A DNA stretch of 64,000 nt. Source: Thermoplasmatota archaeon. Its GTDB lineage: Archaea > Thermoplasmatota > E2 > JACPAO01 > JAHFTW01. A model generated the notes under the pieces. The model had not been told where the DNA came from, did no database searches, and was given only the letters and a program-made list of their open reading frames with translations. Of the stretch, positions 29,804 to 39,049 are shown in pieces. The translations under genes were made by a program, and so were the position numbers. Position 1 is the stretch's first letter. Each line of letters starts with the position of its first letter. The DNA is taken from positions 8,681 through 72,680 of the forward strand of contig DATLBS010000016.1 in NCBI GenBank assembly GCA_035526765.1. Direction: 5' to 3'.

Positions 29804-30442
29804 TCACTCGGCCGCGGAATGGCGCTCATGCCGCGCGTACATCCAGAGGATGAGCCCGGCCAGGAGAGGGACGAAGACGAGGAACGCCAGGGACGCCAGC
29901 AGGGGCCGGGCGGGCCCCAGGGCCAGGGGGAACATGTAGGCGGCGCTCACGAACGCGAGGGCCAGCAGGGCGATGCCGAGGCCCTCCAGCAGGAAGAGGG
30001 TGGTGCGGCGGCGCTCCATGGCGGCGCTGGGGACCTTTGGCTTGCGCAGGAACGTCGAGTAGGGGCTGCAGACGGTGCAGGTGCCTTCCGGGATGCGCCA
30101 GGGGGGAAGGAGGCGCTGGCAGCGGAAGCAGGTCGTCGGGCCCGTGGGCGGGAGGATGGGGTTCTGGCCCGGGTTGAGGGGGCGGGGCTGCTCCTCCGCG
30201 AGGTGGCGGGGGGGCGGCGACACGGCCGGCTGCAGCGCGGACCAGGCGATGGTGGCCACCAGTCCCACGCCCAGGAGGGTGTAGATGAGCCAGAACAGGA
30301 AACCGAGGGAGCGGAAGGCCTCGTAGAGGAAGAAGTCCTTCGCGAAGTAGCCAAGGAGGGCGACCGTGAACCACACGACGCCGACCACGATGGCGACGAT
30401 GCGGCGCGCCATGCGGGGGGGTGCCGCAGCCGGGACTGCCAT
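29804..30442 (-). CDS. Hypothetical membrane protein with CxxC...CxxC zinc ribbon
   Basis: Four TMs flanking CFRC...CTVC. Confidence 0.65.
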   Translation of the reverse strand: MAVPAAAPPRMARRIVAIVVGVVWFTVALLGYFAKDFFLYEAFRSLGFLFWLIYTLLGVGLVATIAWSALQPAVSPPPRHLAEEQPRPLNPGQNPILPPTGPTTCFRCQRLLPPWRIPEGTCTVCSPYSTFLRKPKVPSAAMERRRTTLFLLEGLGIALLALAFVSAAYMFPLALGPARPLLASLAFLVFVPLLAGLILWMYARHERHSAAE

Positions 30443-30466
30443 GCGGTCCCACGGGGCGGTTGGGCC

Positions 30467-30700
30467 TTAACGGCTCTCTTTCGGTCCCGACCCGCCCGGC
30501 CGCGCCGCGCGCAGGCACTCCAGCACGTCGTCGGCGGAGCGGAGCAGGCCTCCGGCACCGAGGGCGGACAGGCGGACGACCAGGTGGCTTCCGTGCGCGT
30601 CGATGGGCGCCATCGCGGGGTCGTCGACGCGCAGGGCCGCGGCCATCACGCGCGCCTCCTCCGGAGTGCCGCAGTCGATGCGCATCTCGCAGCGGATCAT
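30467..30700 (-). CDS. pcc1: KEOPS complex subunit Pcc1
   Basis: 77 aa, AL.VDD ... LLRSADDVL.CL; conserved position after the DHH gene. Confidence 0.75.
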   Translation of the reverse strand: MIRCEMRIDCGTPEEARVMAAALRVDDPAMAPIDAHGSHLVVRLSALGAGGLLRSADDVLECLRAARPGGSGPKESR

Positions 30701-32064
30701 GGCCCCGCCCCGAGGAATCCCTGTCGCGCCAGGTCCGCGTCGAGGGCGGCCAGGAACGGTTCGACGGAGCCCTCCTGGACGACCGCGCCCGCCGCGACGG
30801 GGTGGCCGCCGCCCTCCGCGCCCACGGCACGCGCGGCGGCAAGGCAAGCGGCGCCGAGGTCCAGCCCGGCGGCGACCTGGGCGTGGGTGCCGCGCGTGGA
30901 GACCTGCACGAGGCCATCGGGGCGCCGGGCCAGCATGCACAGGGGCAGCCGGGGCTCGACGACGTGGACCATGCCGATGCCAGCCACCATGCCTGTGTGG
31001 TCCGGGTTGGCGGTCCACGCGACCTGCACGGCGTTGCGGGCCTGCGTGCCCTCCTCGCGCAGGGCGGCAAGGCCCGCCTGCAGGGCCGCCTTGTAGGAGG
31101 TGAAGAGGGCCTGGGCCTCGGAGGCGGCGGCGGGGTCGCCCATGAGGTAGGCCAGCGCGGTGGCGGCGGCGCCTCCGCGGCCGCAGGCATCGACGGTGCG
31201 GAAGACCTGCCGGAGGCTCCTGCCCAGGCGGGCGTTGAAGTCCATGGGCGCAAGGAGCACGTCGTGCGGGGGCGGCGTGGATCCTGCAGCGAGGTGGGCC
31301 GCCACGAGGGCGGACACGAGGCGGGTGCGGCCTTCCTCGTCCAGCTCGTCGACTTCGGCGTCCGGGTCGACGCCGGCCGCAAGCAGGAAGGCGCGGGCCT
31401 GCTCGGGCGTCTGGGCGCCGGGCACGGGAGGCCCTGCGTGCCGGATGGCTTGGGCGAGGTCGAGGCCGAACAGGGGCGGCATGGGCACCACGCGGAGGTG
31501 GCCGGCCGCGCGGCAGCGGTCCAGCAGCTCGCGGTTCCAGCCCTGCCAGCCGCCCATGTGCTGCCAGTCGCCGACTGCCCCGGAGAGGGCGATGGGGCCC
31601 CAGGCCAGGGCGGGCTCGCCGCAGAGCGCAAGGGCGAGCGCGGCGGCGGAGGTGGCGGCGGAGGCATCGCGGGAGCCGTCGAGCCCTTCGGCGCGCGGGT
31701 TCAGGAGGGTGACCGTCGGGTGGGGGGCATCGGGGGGGAGGTTGTGGTGGTCGACCACTAGGACGGGGCGCTGCGGTGCGGCAAGCTCGCTGAAGAGGGC
31801 CAGGTGGCTGGTGCCCTTGTCGAGGAGGATGAGGCCGTCCCATGGCTCCCCGAAGAGGGTGCGGTAATGCGACTCGGTCTTGTCGCGGGAGGCCCGGATG
31901 GTGAAGCGGTGTCCCGTGCGGAGGAGGGCCTGGGCGGCGACGGCGGCGGCGCACAGGCCGTCGGCATCATTGTCGCAGGCGAGGAACCAGTGGGTGCCGC
32001 GGGGCATGCCGCGAATGACGGCGGCGGCGCGGGCGGCAGCGGCCTGGAACCTCGCGGTGCTCAC
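30697..32064 (-). CDS. DHH-family phosphoesterase (archaeal RecJ-like) with DHHA1 domain
   Basis: DADG, VDHH, GAVGD, GGGHPVAAG; follows rps15 as in many archaea; ggagg RBS before GTG. Confidence 0.88.
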   Translation of the reverse strand: MSTARFQAAAARAAAVIRGMPRGTHWFLACDNDADGLCAAAVAAQALLRTGHRFTIRASRDKTESHYRTLFGEPWDGLILLDKGTSHLALFSELAAPQRPVLVVDHHNLPPDAPHPTVTLLNPRAEGLDGSRDASAATSAAALALALCGEPALAWGPIALSGAVGDWQHMGGWQGWNRELLDRCRAAGHLRVVPMPPLFGLDLAQAIRHAGPPVPGAQTPEQARAFLLAAGVDPDAEVDELDEEGRTRLVSALVAAHLAAGSTPPPHDVLLAPMDFNARLGRSLRQVFRTVDACGRGGAAATALAYLMGDPAAASEAQALFTSYKAALQAGLAALREEGTQARNAVQVAWTANPDHTGMVAGIGMVHVVEPRLPLCMLARRPDGLVQVSTRGTHAQVAAGLDLGAACLAAARAVGAEGGGHPVAAGAVVQEGSVEPFLAALDADLARQGFLGAGP

Positions 32065-32169
32065 GTCCTCCCTGAAGTCAGGGGGCGCATGAGGGCTTCG
32101 GCCCCGACGGAACGAACGCCGGGTCGGATTTTCCAGGCGAGGCCAATGGGGATGGACGCCAGGCGTCGA

Positions 32170-32476
32170 CCATCGGTCCGTCGTAAAACCGCAACCAGTA
32201 AACACCCCTGTGGCGCCGACGCCGTCGTCCAGCATGACGAGTTGGTATCGCGAGCGATGGAATGGGGCGCGCCGAGGCGCGCCCGCCGCACCGCGGGACT
32301 CGCGGAACCACCTTTGTGGCCCATATTCCGCGCGCTCCGCGGTCTTCGCGGTAGTCGGGGTCGTGCGCTCCGCGCACCAAAGAACAACTTTTCTGGGGCT
32401 GGACGCCCCCACCGTCACATGGTGTTGGGCGGTCAATGATCCAGAATTGAACGCGGAGCGCCCGACAATCAAGAAT
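32170..32476 (+). repeat. Dispersed structured non-coding element, copy 2 (with nested REP-like palindrome)
   Basis: ccatcggt ... gcgatggaatggggcgcg ... gtgcgctccgcgcacca ... ctggacgccccc ... ggtgttgg ... gatccagaat.gaacgcggagcg; strongly similar to 53461-53740. Confidence 0.85.
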
Positions 32477-32606
32477 CGAGCGTCGAGCGGCCGACAACCG
32501 GGAACCTGGACTACCTACTACCCAACAACACGCTGGCGTTAGTGGCAACGACCAACCAGAACGGGAGAAGGAAGGGAAAAGGGATGCAGGCGGACCTGCG
32601 CCGACA

Positions 32607-32738
32607 TTAGTCGACCAGCAGCCGCGCGCCGCCGCGATGGACAGCCCGGGCTGCGCCCAGGCCTTGCACTCGCGCCGACGCGGGGGGCGTCCGCTCCTTC
32701 GCTGCGCTCAGTCGACCAGCAGCCGCGCGCCGCCGCGA
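32607..32738 (-). repeat. Direct duplication of the rps15 3' end (29 bp identical) around a 70-bp insert
   Basis: agtcgaccagcagccgcgcgccgccgcga at 32609-32637 and 32710-32738. Confidence 0.9.
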
Positions 32739-33139
32739 GTGTAGTTCCAGTCCGCAGGCAGTTCGCCGCGGGACTGGTAGTACTTGGCAAGGCCGCGGAT
32801 GCGGGACTCCATGAGCTCGAGGCCGCGCATGTTGTGCAGGTCGCGCGTGTTGGCCTGGAGGTGCTCCTGCAGGTGGATGGAGCGCTGCACGAGGTTCTGC
32901 AGGTCCTGGGGGAGCTTGCCGGAGACGCCGGCGTCCTTCATGATCTGGGCGATCTTCTTGCCCGTCAGCTCGTGGACGGACGGGATGCCGTACGAGTCGC
33001 GCAGGATGAGGCCGATCATGGCGGGCTGCTTGCCTTCCTTGGCAAGCTCGACGACCTTGGACTCCGCCTCGCGGGGGAGCATGGGCACCCAGGAGGGCGC
33101 GGCGTCGCGGACGGGCTTGGAGCTGGCGTGGCGGGACAT
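32708..33139 (-). CDS. rps15: 30S ribosomal protein uS15 (S15P/S13e)
   Basis: P.WV, LAKEG...A.IG.ILRDSYGIP, LP.DL.NL, ESRI..LAKYY, LP.DW.Y. Confidence 0.95.
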   Translation of the reverse strand: MSRHASSKPVRDAAPSWVPMLPREAESKVVELAKEGKQPAMIGLILRDSYGIPSVHELTGKKIAQIMKDAGVSGKLPQDLQNLVQRSIHLQEHLQANTRDLHNMRGLELMESRIRGLAKYYQSRGELPADWNYTRGGARLLVD

Positions 33140-33272
33140 GGGATTCCTTGAACCTTGGACGTGCACGGTGGCGTCAGTGACGAGCGCCAGGATGCCTGTC
33201 CAGGTCGCTCCACAGGCAGGCCCTATTTAGCCCCGGCGGCTGCCCTTGCCTCGCCCTGGTTGCGCCTGCCAG

Positions 33273-33743
33273 CTACTCATCGGGCGGCGATGGTTTCGGG
33301 CGCAACGCCAGGCCTGCCCGCGCCGCAACGGGGGGGTTGCGCCGGAGGAACGCCAGGATGCTGCGCACGAGGCTGGCGTACCCGGAGGCCGTCGAGGGCT
33401 TCATGAAGTAGCCCGTGGCCTGCGCCAGCAGCGCCTCCCGCTCGTCGTCCGGGTCCTCCGAGGCGGTCAGCACCACGACGGGCCAGCCGTCGAAGTGGCG
33501 GCTCTGGCGGATGCGGTCCACCAGTTCGATGCCGGAGGCGCCCGGCAGGCCGACGTCGATGAGGGCGAAGTCCGGCCAGTCCGCGGAGGACTGGTGCTTC
33601 ATGCGGTCCAGCACACCCCACGCGCGCTCCGCGTCGCCGTACACCTCGAGGCGCGCCGGCACGCCTGCGGCCTCGAACGCATGGGCCAGCAGGCGCTGGT
33701 GCACGACGCTGTCCTCCACCACGAGCACCAGGAGTTCGACCAT
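33273..33743 (-). CDS. Single-domain response regulator (receiver)
   Basis: LVVEDS, LID.GLPG.SG, VVLTAS, MKP. Confidence 0.9.
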   Translation of the reverse strand: MVELLVLVVEDSVVHQRLLAHAFEAAGVPARLEVYGDAERAWGVLDRMKHQSSADWPDFALIDVGLPGASGIELVDRIRQSRHFDGWPVVVLTASEDPDDEREALLAQATGYFMKPSTASGYASLVRSILAFLRRNPPVAARAGLALRPKPSPPDE

Positions 33744-33829
33744 GCGCTGGCCCACCGCCGCGTGGCCTTATAGGCCCTGCCGAGGGGGCCGCCGTCTCGG
33801 CTTAAGGGGGACCGCGCGTCGCCCCTGGT

Positions 33830-34774
33830 GTGGCAGGCAGGAGCGACGCCCCAGGGTGGGTGGGCCTCGTCCTGGGCGTGGGCCTGGTCTGGGGCCTCAC
33901 GTACGCCCTTTACCCTGTGGGATTGCGGTCCGTGGGCCCCCTGTGGCTGGCGGCGCTGCGCTTCGACACGTTCTGCGCGGGCGCCTTCGTGGCGTGCTGG
34001 GCCGTCGATGGTGGGGTGCGCATCCCCGCGACGTGGCGCGACGCCGCCGCCATCGCCACGTATGCCGGCCTCAACATCGTCCTGCACAACCTCGCCACGA
34101 TCGGCGGGTCCGCGCACGTCCCCGTGGCCGTCCTGGGCATCCTCGCGGGGCTCACGCCGCTCTTGACCGCCGCCCTGTCGCCGCTGGTGCTGCCGCAGGC
34201 CCGGCCATCCCTGCGCCTCGTCGCAGGGCTCCTGGCCGGCTTCGGCGGCGTCGCCGTCCTGACCCTCGCGCGCCCCGGCCCCCTCGACGTCACGGTGTCC
34301 GCATGGACCTTCGTCGTGTTCCTCGGCTTCCTTGCCTGGGCCCTCGGCTCCGTGCTGGTCAAGGCCGCGGCCTCCCCCATGCCCTCCCTGTCGGTCGGGT
34401 TCTGGGCGGCCCTCGTGGCCGTGGCCATCCTGCAGCCGCTGGCCCTAGGGTTGGAGCCGGCGCCGCGTGTTTCGCTCCCCTTGGCAGGCGTCGTCCTCTT
34501 CATCGCGCTCGTGGGCGGCATCGGCGGGTTCCTGGGCTGGATGCGCCTCGTGCGCGGCTTCGGCCCCGCGCACGCAAGCCTCGCGAGCCTCGTGTCGCCG
34601 GCGGTCGCGAGCGTCGCGGCCGCGGCGCTGCTGGGCCAGCCGCTCGGTTGGGCGCACCTCGTGGCCTACGTCCTGGTGGGCCTAGGATTGGTGGCGGCCG
34701 TCCGCGAACTGGCGCACGGCGCGGTCCGCAAGGAGCCTGCGCCTGCACCGGGCGAGGCCGTTGAGATGACCTAG
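33830..34774 (+). CDS. DMT/EamA family transporter
   Basis: About 10 TMs, VWG, P..LAALRF, two EamA halves. Confidence 0.85.
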   Translation: MAGRSDAPGWVGLVLGVGLVWGLTYALYPVGLRSVGPLWLAALRFDTFCAGAFVACWAVDGGVRIPATWRDAAAIATYAGLNIVLHNLATIGGSAHVPVAVLGILAGLTPLLTAALSPLVLPQARPSLRLVAGLLAGFGGVAVLTLARPGPLDVTVSAWTFVVFLGFLAWALGSVLVKAAASPMPSLSVGFWAALVAVAILQPLALGLEPAPRVSLPLAGVVLFIALVGGIGGFLGWMRLVRGFGPAHASLASLVSPAVASVAAAALLGQPLGWAHLVAYVLVGLGLVAAVRELAHGAVRKEPAPAPGEAVEMT

Positions 34775-34962
34775 GTCAGCCCGATGGGCAGGCAGGTCGG
34801 CATCTGCTGGCTGAAGTGGAAGCAGAACAAGGAACCGTTCCAGCAGGGCTGTGTCACGGCGCTGCAGGTGTGGACCAGGGGGTCCGGCTGGGCGGCCGCA
34901 GTGCCGGAGAATCCGACGAAGGCGATGGTGAGGACGAGGCAGGTCAGCAGCAGGGCACGCAT
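34771..34962 (-). CDS. Small secreted Cys-rich peptide (63 aa)
   Basis: Signal peptide ending AAA-Q; mature part has four Cys. Confidence 0.6.
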   Translation of the reverse strand: MRALLLTCLVLTIAFVGFSGTAAAQPDPLVHTCSAVTQPCWNGSLFCFHFSQQMPTCLPIGLT

Positions 34963-35027
34963 GGTGGGACCGCCCAGGCATTTTCCGTCGCGGATTTCAG
35001 CCTTGGCCCATGCACCCGTCCTGCGGG

Positions 35028-36404
35028 CTACGCGAGCCAGACCAGGCCCGCGGCCAGGAGGCAGCCGGCGAAGAAGTGCGCCGCGATGGTGCTGGCGCAG
35101 CCCTTGATGAGGGCGCGGTCGCCGTAGTGCCGGACCGCCATGTAGCCAGCGAAGCCCGCGATGGGAAGGGCCAGCAGCGCCAGGAGGGCCCCGCGGGGCA
35201 GCAGGTGGGTCACCGTGACCTCGACGACGACCGCGGCGAAGGCGGCCGCCACGATGGCGACGTAGCCCCAGCGCGCGTTCTTCGTGCCCAGGGTGGCGAC
35301 GAGGTGGTTCTTGCCGGTGGCCCGGTCGCTGGGGGCGTCGGGGAACTCGTTGATCCACAGGATGGCGAGGGTCAGCAGCCCGATGGGGATGCCCAGCAGG
35401 AAGGAGTCCCAGCCGACGTGGCCCGAGATGCCGTAGACGGCGCCCGCGGTCATGAGGGGCCCGAAGTTGAGGAAGGAGCTGAGCTCGCCCAGGCCGCGGC
35501 GGGCGGCCAGTCGGACCGGCGGCGCCGTGTAGAAGAACCCCATGAGGGCGCCGGCGGCACCGAAGGCGAGGACCAGGGGGCGGCCGAGGACGACGAGGAC
35601 GCCGGCGATGGCCAGCGCGGCGACGATGGCGGCGGTGCCCACCAGGAAGGTGCCCTTCGGGGTGATGAGCCCGAGCTCGATGGCGCGCGAGCCTCCGGTG
35701 AACGGCAGGAAGTAGTCGTTGTTGGCCTCGTCCGTGCCCGACTTGACGTCGAAGTAGTCGTTGAAGACGTTGGCCGCGAGGTGCAGCGCGATGCCGCCCA
35801 GCATGACGAGGGTGAACAGCAGCCAGGGGAACGGGTCCGGGGTGTAGCCCTTCCATGCGGCGAAGGCGGCCGCGACCAGGATGGGCACGAGGGTGGCGGT
35901 CAGGAAGGGCAGGCGCCCGATGACGACGCCCTTGAAGATGCGGGTGCCCAGGGTGGTCTTGGGCATGATGGTGGCCGGGTCGACGCCGGGCAGTTCGGTG
36001 GTGTAGCCGCAGTAGCCCGTCTGGACGCCCGAGGCCTTGCCGCCCTTGTAGGTGGGCGTGATGCGGGCGTGCGCGGCGAACCGCGTGCCGTCCTTGCGGA
36101 CGAAGACGGTGTCGCCCTCGAAGGCGCCCTTCGTGCGGGCCTCCTTGAGCCAGCGCGGGACGTGGCCCAGGACGACCTCGCCAGGGCTGAACAGGCTCAC
36201 GCGCTTCTTCCCAACGACCTCCTCGGCCGTGTACTGGAAGATCTGGTGGGCGCCGTCGTTGAAGGTCTCGATGCGGCCCTCCATGTCGCAGGTGATGACG
36301 GAGACGGGGGCCTTGGCGGCCGGCTTGGCGGTCTCGATGGAGACCTGGGGGGCGGGCGCCTTGCGGGCTGGCCTTGCGGCACGGGTGGGGGTGGCCTTCG
36401 GCAT
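35028..36404 (-). CDS. PAS domain fused to MenA/UbiA-family prenyltransferase
   Basis: PAS (VITCDMEGRI..FN.GA..IF.YT.EEVVGK ... RKDG..F) followed by MenA motifs NDYFD..SGTD and NEFPD..SD...GK. Confidence 0.9.
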   Translation of the reverse strand: MPKATPTRAARPARKAPAPQVSIETAKPAAKAPVSVITCDMEGRIETFNDGAHQIFQYTAEEVVGKKRVSLFSPGEVVLGHVPRWLKEARTKGAFEGDTVFVRKDGTRFAAHARITPTYKGGKASGVQTGYCGYTTELPGVDPATIMPKTTLGTRIFKGVVIGRLPFLTATLVPILVAAAFAAWKGYTPDPFPWLLFTLVMLGGIALHLAANVFNDYFDVKSGTDEANNDYFLPFTGGSRAIELGLITPKGTFLVGTAAIVAALAIAGVLVVLGRPLVLAFGAAGALMGFFYTAPPVRLAARRGLGELSSFLNFGPLMTAGAVYGISGHVGWDSFLLGIPIGLLTLAILWINEFPDAPSDRATGKNHLVATLGTKNARWGYVAIVAAAFAAVVVEVTVTHLLPRGALLALLALPIAGFAGYMAVRHYGDRALIKGCASTIAAHFFAGCLLAAGLVWLA

Positions 36405-36612
36405 GCTCTCAGGTCCCTTGGACAGGAGGGGACACATAAGCGCCACCGTTGGAAACAACTTGCCGGGAGTTGTAAGGGACTCGCGACGTCCGCCCACCCA
36501 CGGCCCCGAATGGAGAACGGAACCCGAAACCTGCAGGCAAGGGGACAGAGCTCACTCTGGTATCTGTGTCCTCGGGGGCTGGGCAGGAGTGTTGGGGAGG
36601 CGGTTGGATGGG

Positions 36613-37719
36613 CTACTGCGCCGGTTCCTTGAGGCGGACGCGCTTCATGCCCTCGGCCGCCTTCTTCCAGCCCTCGACGCGGGCCTCGGTGATCTTGATG
36701 CCGACCACCGTGGTCTCGAGCGAGTCGAGGTAGTCGTTGACCTGCTGCGTGACGGTGGAGGCGGCGCGGCGCTTGAGGGCCGCGATGCCGTCGATGCCGC
36801 TGCGGGCCAGGGCCTCCGCGTACTGGGGGCCGATCCCCTTCACCTTGACCAGCTCGGCCATGGCCTGCCACTGCTGGACGGTCTTGATGGGCACGCCGAC
36901 CTTGCTGGCCAGCTTGGCCGCGTCCTCGAAACACAGGCGCGCTGTCGTGTGGATGCCGGCCGCGCGCAGCTTGTCGCCGTAGATGGCGCCAATCCCCTCG
37001 ATGTCCTCGACAGGGTGGACGTCGCCCGGGTAGTCGTAGTACGCCCGCTCCGTGGGCACCGCGACGCGGGCAGGCCGGGCCACGCGTTCCTGCAGCTGCT
37101 GCACGAACTGGCGACCGTCGGCGGCCTTCCCCGTGGCGGGCACGCTGCCGTCCCGCTTCCGGGAAGACGGGAAAAGCTTGGAGCGGTAGGGTTCGGGCAC
37201 GTCGTCCGGGCCCAGCTGGGGGCGCGCCGGCACCGCCTGCTGGCCCTGCAGGGGCAGCTGCGCCGCGCCGTCGGGGCCGGCCAGGAGGGTGCGCATCTTG
37301 AGGGTCGTGCCGCCCGCGTCGACGCGGATGTAGTCGTTCGTGTAGACGGCCCGCTCCACGGGCCGGGGGTACGTGTAGGCCACCGTGTCCTGGCGCTCGG
37401 TGGGCTGCCAGGAACGGTACGCGGTGGTCACCGTGGGGATGTCGTACACGACGACGTCGGGGCCCATGCGGGGCGTGGGCTTGGCAAGGTGGGCGTGCTG
37501 GGTGGCGCGCATCTCCTCGGTGACCTCGAGGGCCTGGAACTCGATGGCCTGGGCATCCGCGGCGGGATCCGTCGCCCATTGCGCGGGCTGCGCCCCGGCC
37601 TGCATGGCGCCGGCGCGACGGCGGCGGCCCGACTGGGCAAGGACCAGGACCAGCAGGAACACGACGAGGACGCCCAGGGCGACCAAGGAAGCGACAAGGG
37701 TGGGGTCCAGGGCGGCCAT
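36613..37719 (-). CDS. Membrane-anchored protein with C-terminal DUF4332-like domain
   Basis: One N-terminal TM; IEGIGAIY.DKL...GI.T ... QWQAMAELVKVKGIGPQYAEAL; domain paralogous to 7487-8725. Confidence 0.8.
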   Translation of the reverse strand: MAALDPTLVASLVALGVLVVFLLVLVLAQSGRRRRAGAMQAGAQPAQWATDPAADAQAIEFQALEVTEEMRATQHAHLAKPTPRMGPDVVVYDIPTVTTAYRSWQPTERQDTVAYTYPRPVERAVYTNDYIRVDAGGTTLKMRTLLAGPDGAAQLPLQGQQAVPARPQLGPDDVPEPYRSKLFPSSRKRDGSVPATGKAADGRQFVQQLQERVARPARVAVPTERAYYDYPGDVHPVEDIEGIGAIYGDKLRAAGIHTTARLCFEDAAKLASKVGVPIKTVQQWQAMAELVKVKGIGPQYAEALARSGIDGIAALKRRAASTVTQQVNDYLDSLETTVVGIKITEARVEGWKKAAEGMKRVRLKEPAQ

Positions 37720-37745
37720 ATCAGGAGTTCCAAGGAGGGGCCGGT

Positions 37746-38414
37746 TTATGGTTTTGCTGCTTCGCTCAGGTGGCGAAAGAGCGCCACGGCGGCCTTGCCG
37801 CGGTGGCTGAGGCGGCCCTTGGCGGCCTCGTCCATCTCCGCGAACGTGGCCGCGTGGCCCTCGGGCACGAAGACGGGGTCGAAGCCGAAGCCCGAGGTGC
37901 CTGCGGGCCGCTCCGCGATGCGGCCCCGGCAGGTCCCCTCGAAGTGGTGGAGGGCTCCCGCGGCGTCCACGTAGCACAGGTCGGCCTGGAAGGCGGCGGA
38001 GCGCATCTCCAGCTCGACGTCGCGCAGCAGGCGCAGGAGCCCGGCGACGCCGACCGTCTCCAGGGCATGGCGGCTGTAGACTCCCGGGAAGCCCCGCAGG
38101 GCCGCGACGAAGAGCCCGGAGTCCTCCAGCATGAAGGGGGCCTGCAGCCCCTGCGCCAGCAGTTGCCTGGCGCCGGCCTCCGTCACGTCGCGCAGGGTGG
38201 CGGCCTGCGGCTCCTGGTATCCCCGCGCGTCGCCGACGACCTCGATGCCCAGGGGCGACAGCATGGCGGACATCTCGGACAGCTTGCCCGGGTTGCCGGT
38301 GACGAAGGTGAGCCGGCGGGGCGCGGGTGCCTGCCCGGGCGGTGTGGACGCGGCGGCGGGATGGGTCGGCCGGCGGACCGGGGCATGGGTGGGCGGCAGG
38401 TCGACGCGCGGCAT
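37746..38414 (-). CDS. rdgB: Non-canonical purine NTP pyrophosphatase (RdgB/HAM1)
   Basis: FVTGNPGK, EDSGL, GFPGVYS, GFGFDPVF, SHRGKA. Confidence 0.95.
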   Translation of the reverse strand: MPRVDLPPTHAPVRRPTHPAAASTPPGQAPAPRRLTFVTGNPGKLSEMSAMLSPLGIEVVGDARGYQEPQAATLRDVTEAGARQLLAQGLQAPFMLEDSGLFVAALRGFPGVYSRHALETVGVAGLLRLLRDVELEMRSAAFQADLCYVDAAGALHHFEGTCRGRIAERPAGTSGFGFDPVFVPEGHAATFAEMDEAAKGRLSHRGKAAVALFRHLSEAAKP

Positions 38415-39049
38415 CAGTGGTACCTGCCACGGCCGCGGATGTCATCAAGCCGCTGCAGGACCGCCGGGGCGCACCGGGCCGTGGCGCGGTACCCTTCCAA
38501 CAGGGCGGCAAAAAGGGTCGCGTGGCGGGCATCGGTGGCGGCCAGGGCCTCCTCCACGAGGTGCAGGTCGACGCCGCGCGGCTCCGGCTCCTCGCCGAAG
38601 GCGCCGAGGCCGAAGTCGATGAGGACGAGGGAATCCACGGACCCGGGCTCCGGCACGAGCACGTTGCTGGTGGTGAGGTCGCCGTGCGTCAGGCCGGCAT
38701 CGTGCAGGGTGCCCGCCAGGCGTCCGAGCCGTGCGAGGCGGGCGTGCGCCGTCGCGTCGTCGTCCGCCTCCAGGACGCTGCGCAGCGTCGGCCCTGGGAT
38801 GCGCTCGAGCACGAGGGTGCTGGTGGCGCGGTCGGCGTCGTAGAGGATGGGCACGGCGACGCCGGCGCGCCGCGCCGCCAGCAGCAGGGCGGCCTCGTCG
38901 CGCGTGCGCTCGCCGCGCAGCCGGTCGTCGAGTCGCGGGTGGCGGTAAGGCTTGGGGAGCCTTTGCTTGGCGACGCAGTCGCGGCCCAGCCATGCAACGG
39001 GCACCACGGTGGCCTCCGCGCCGAGCCGGGGGGCCACGCCCACGCTCAC
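38414..39049 (-). CDS. bud32: KEOPS kinase Bud32
   Basis: GAEA, K.R.PK.YRHP.LD, HGDLTTSN, IDFGL, RGRY. Confidence 0.93.
   Translation of the reverse strand: MSVGVAPRLGAEATVVPVAWLGRDCVAKQRLPKPYRHPRLDDRLRGERTRDEAALLLAARRAGVAVPILYDADRATSTLVLERIPGPTLRSVLEADDDATAHARLARLGRLAGTLHDAGLTHGDLTTSNVLVPEPGSVDSLVLIDFGLGAFGEEPEPRGVDLHLVEEALAATDARHATLFAALLEGYRATARCAPAVLQRLDDIRGRGRYH

Noticed and set aside
32210..32542. Similar peptides in element copies 2 and 4 (LDAP..T.CW..NDPE.NAERPT.KN), suggesting a small protein family
   Set aside because: Differences are largely non-synonymous and copies 1 and 3 carry frame-breaking indels; the similarity reflects the DNA repeat
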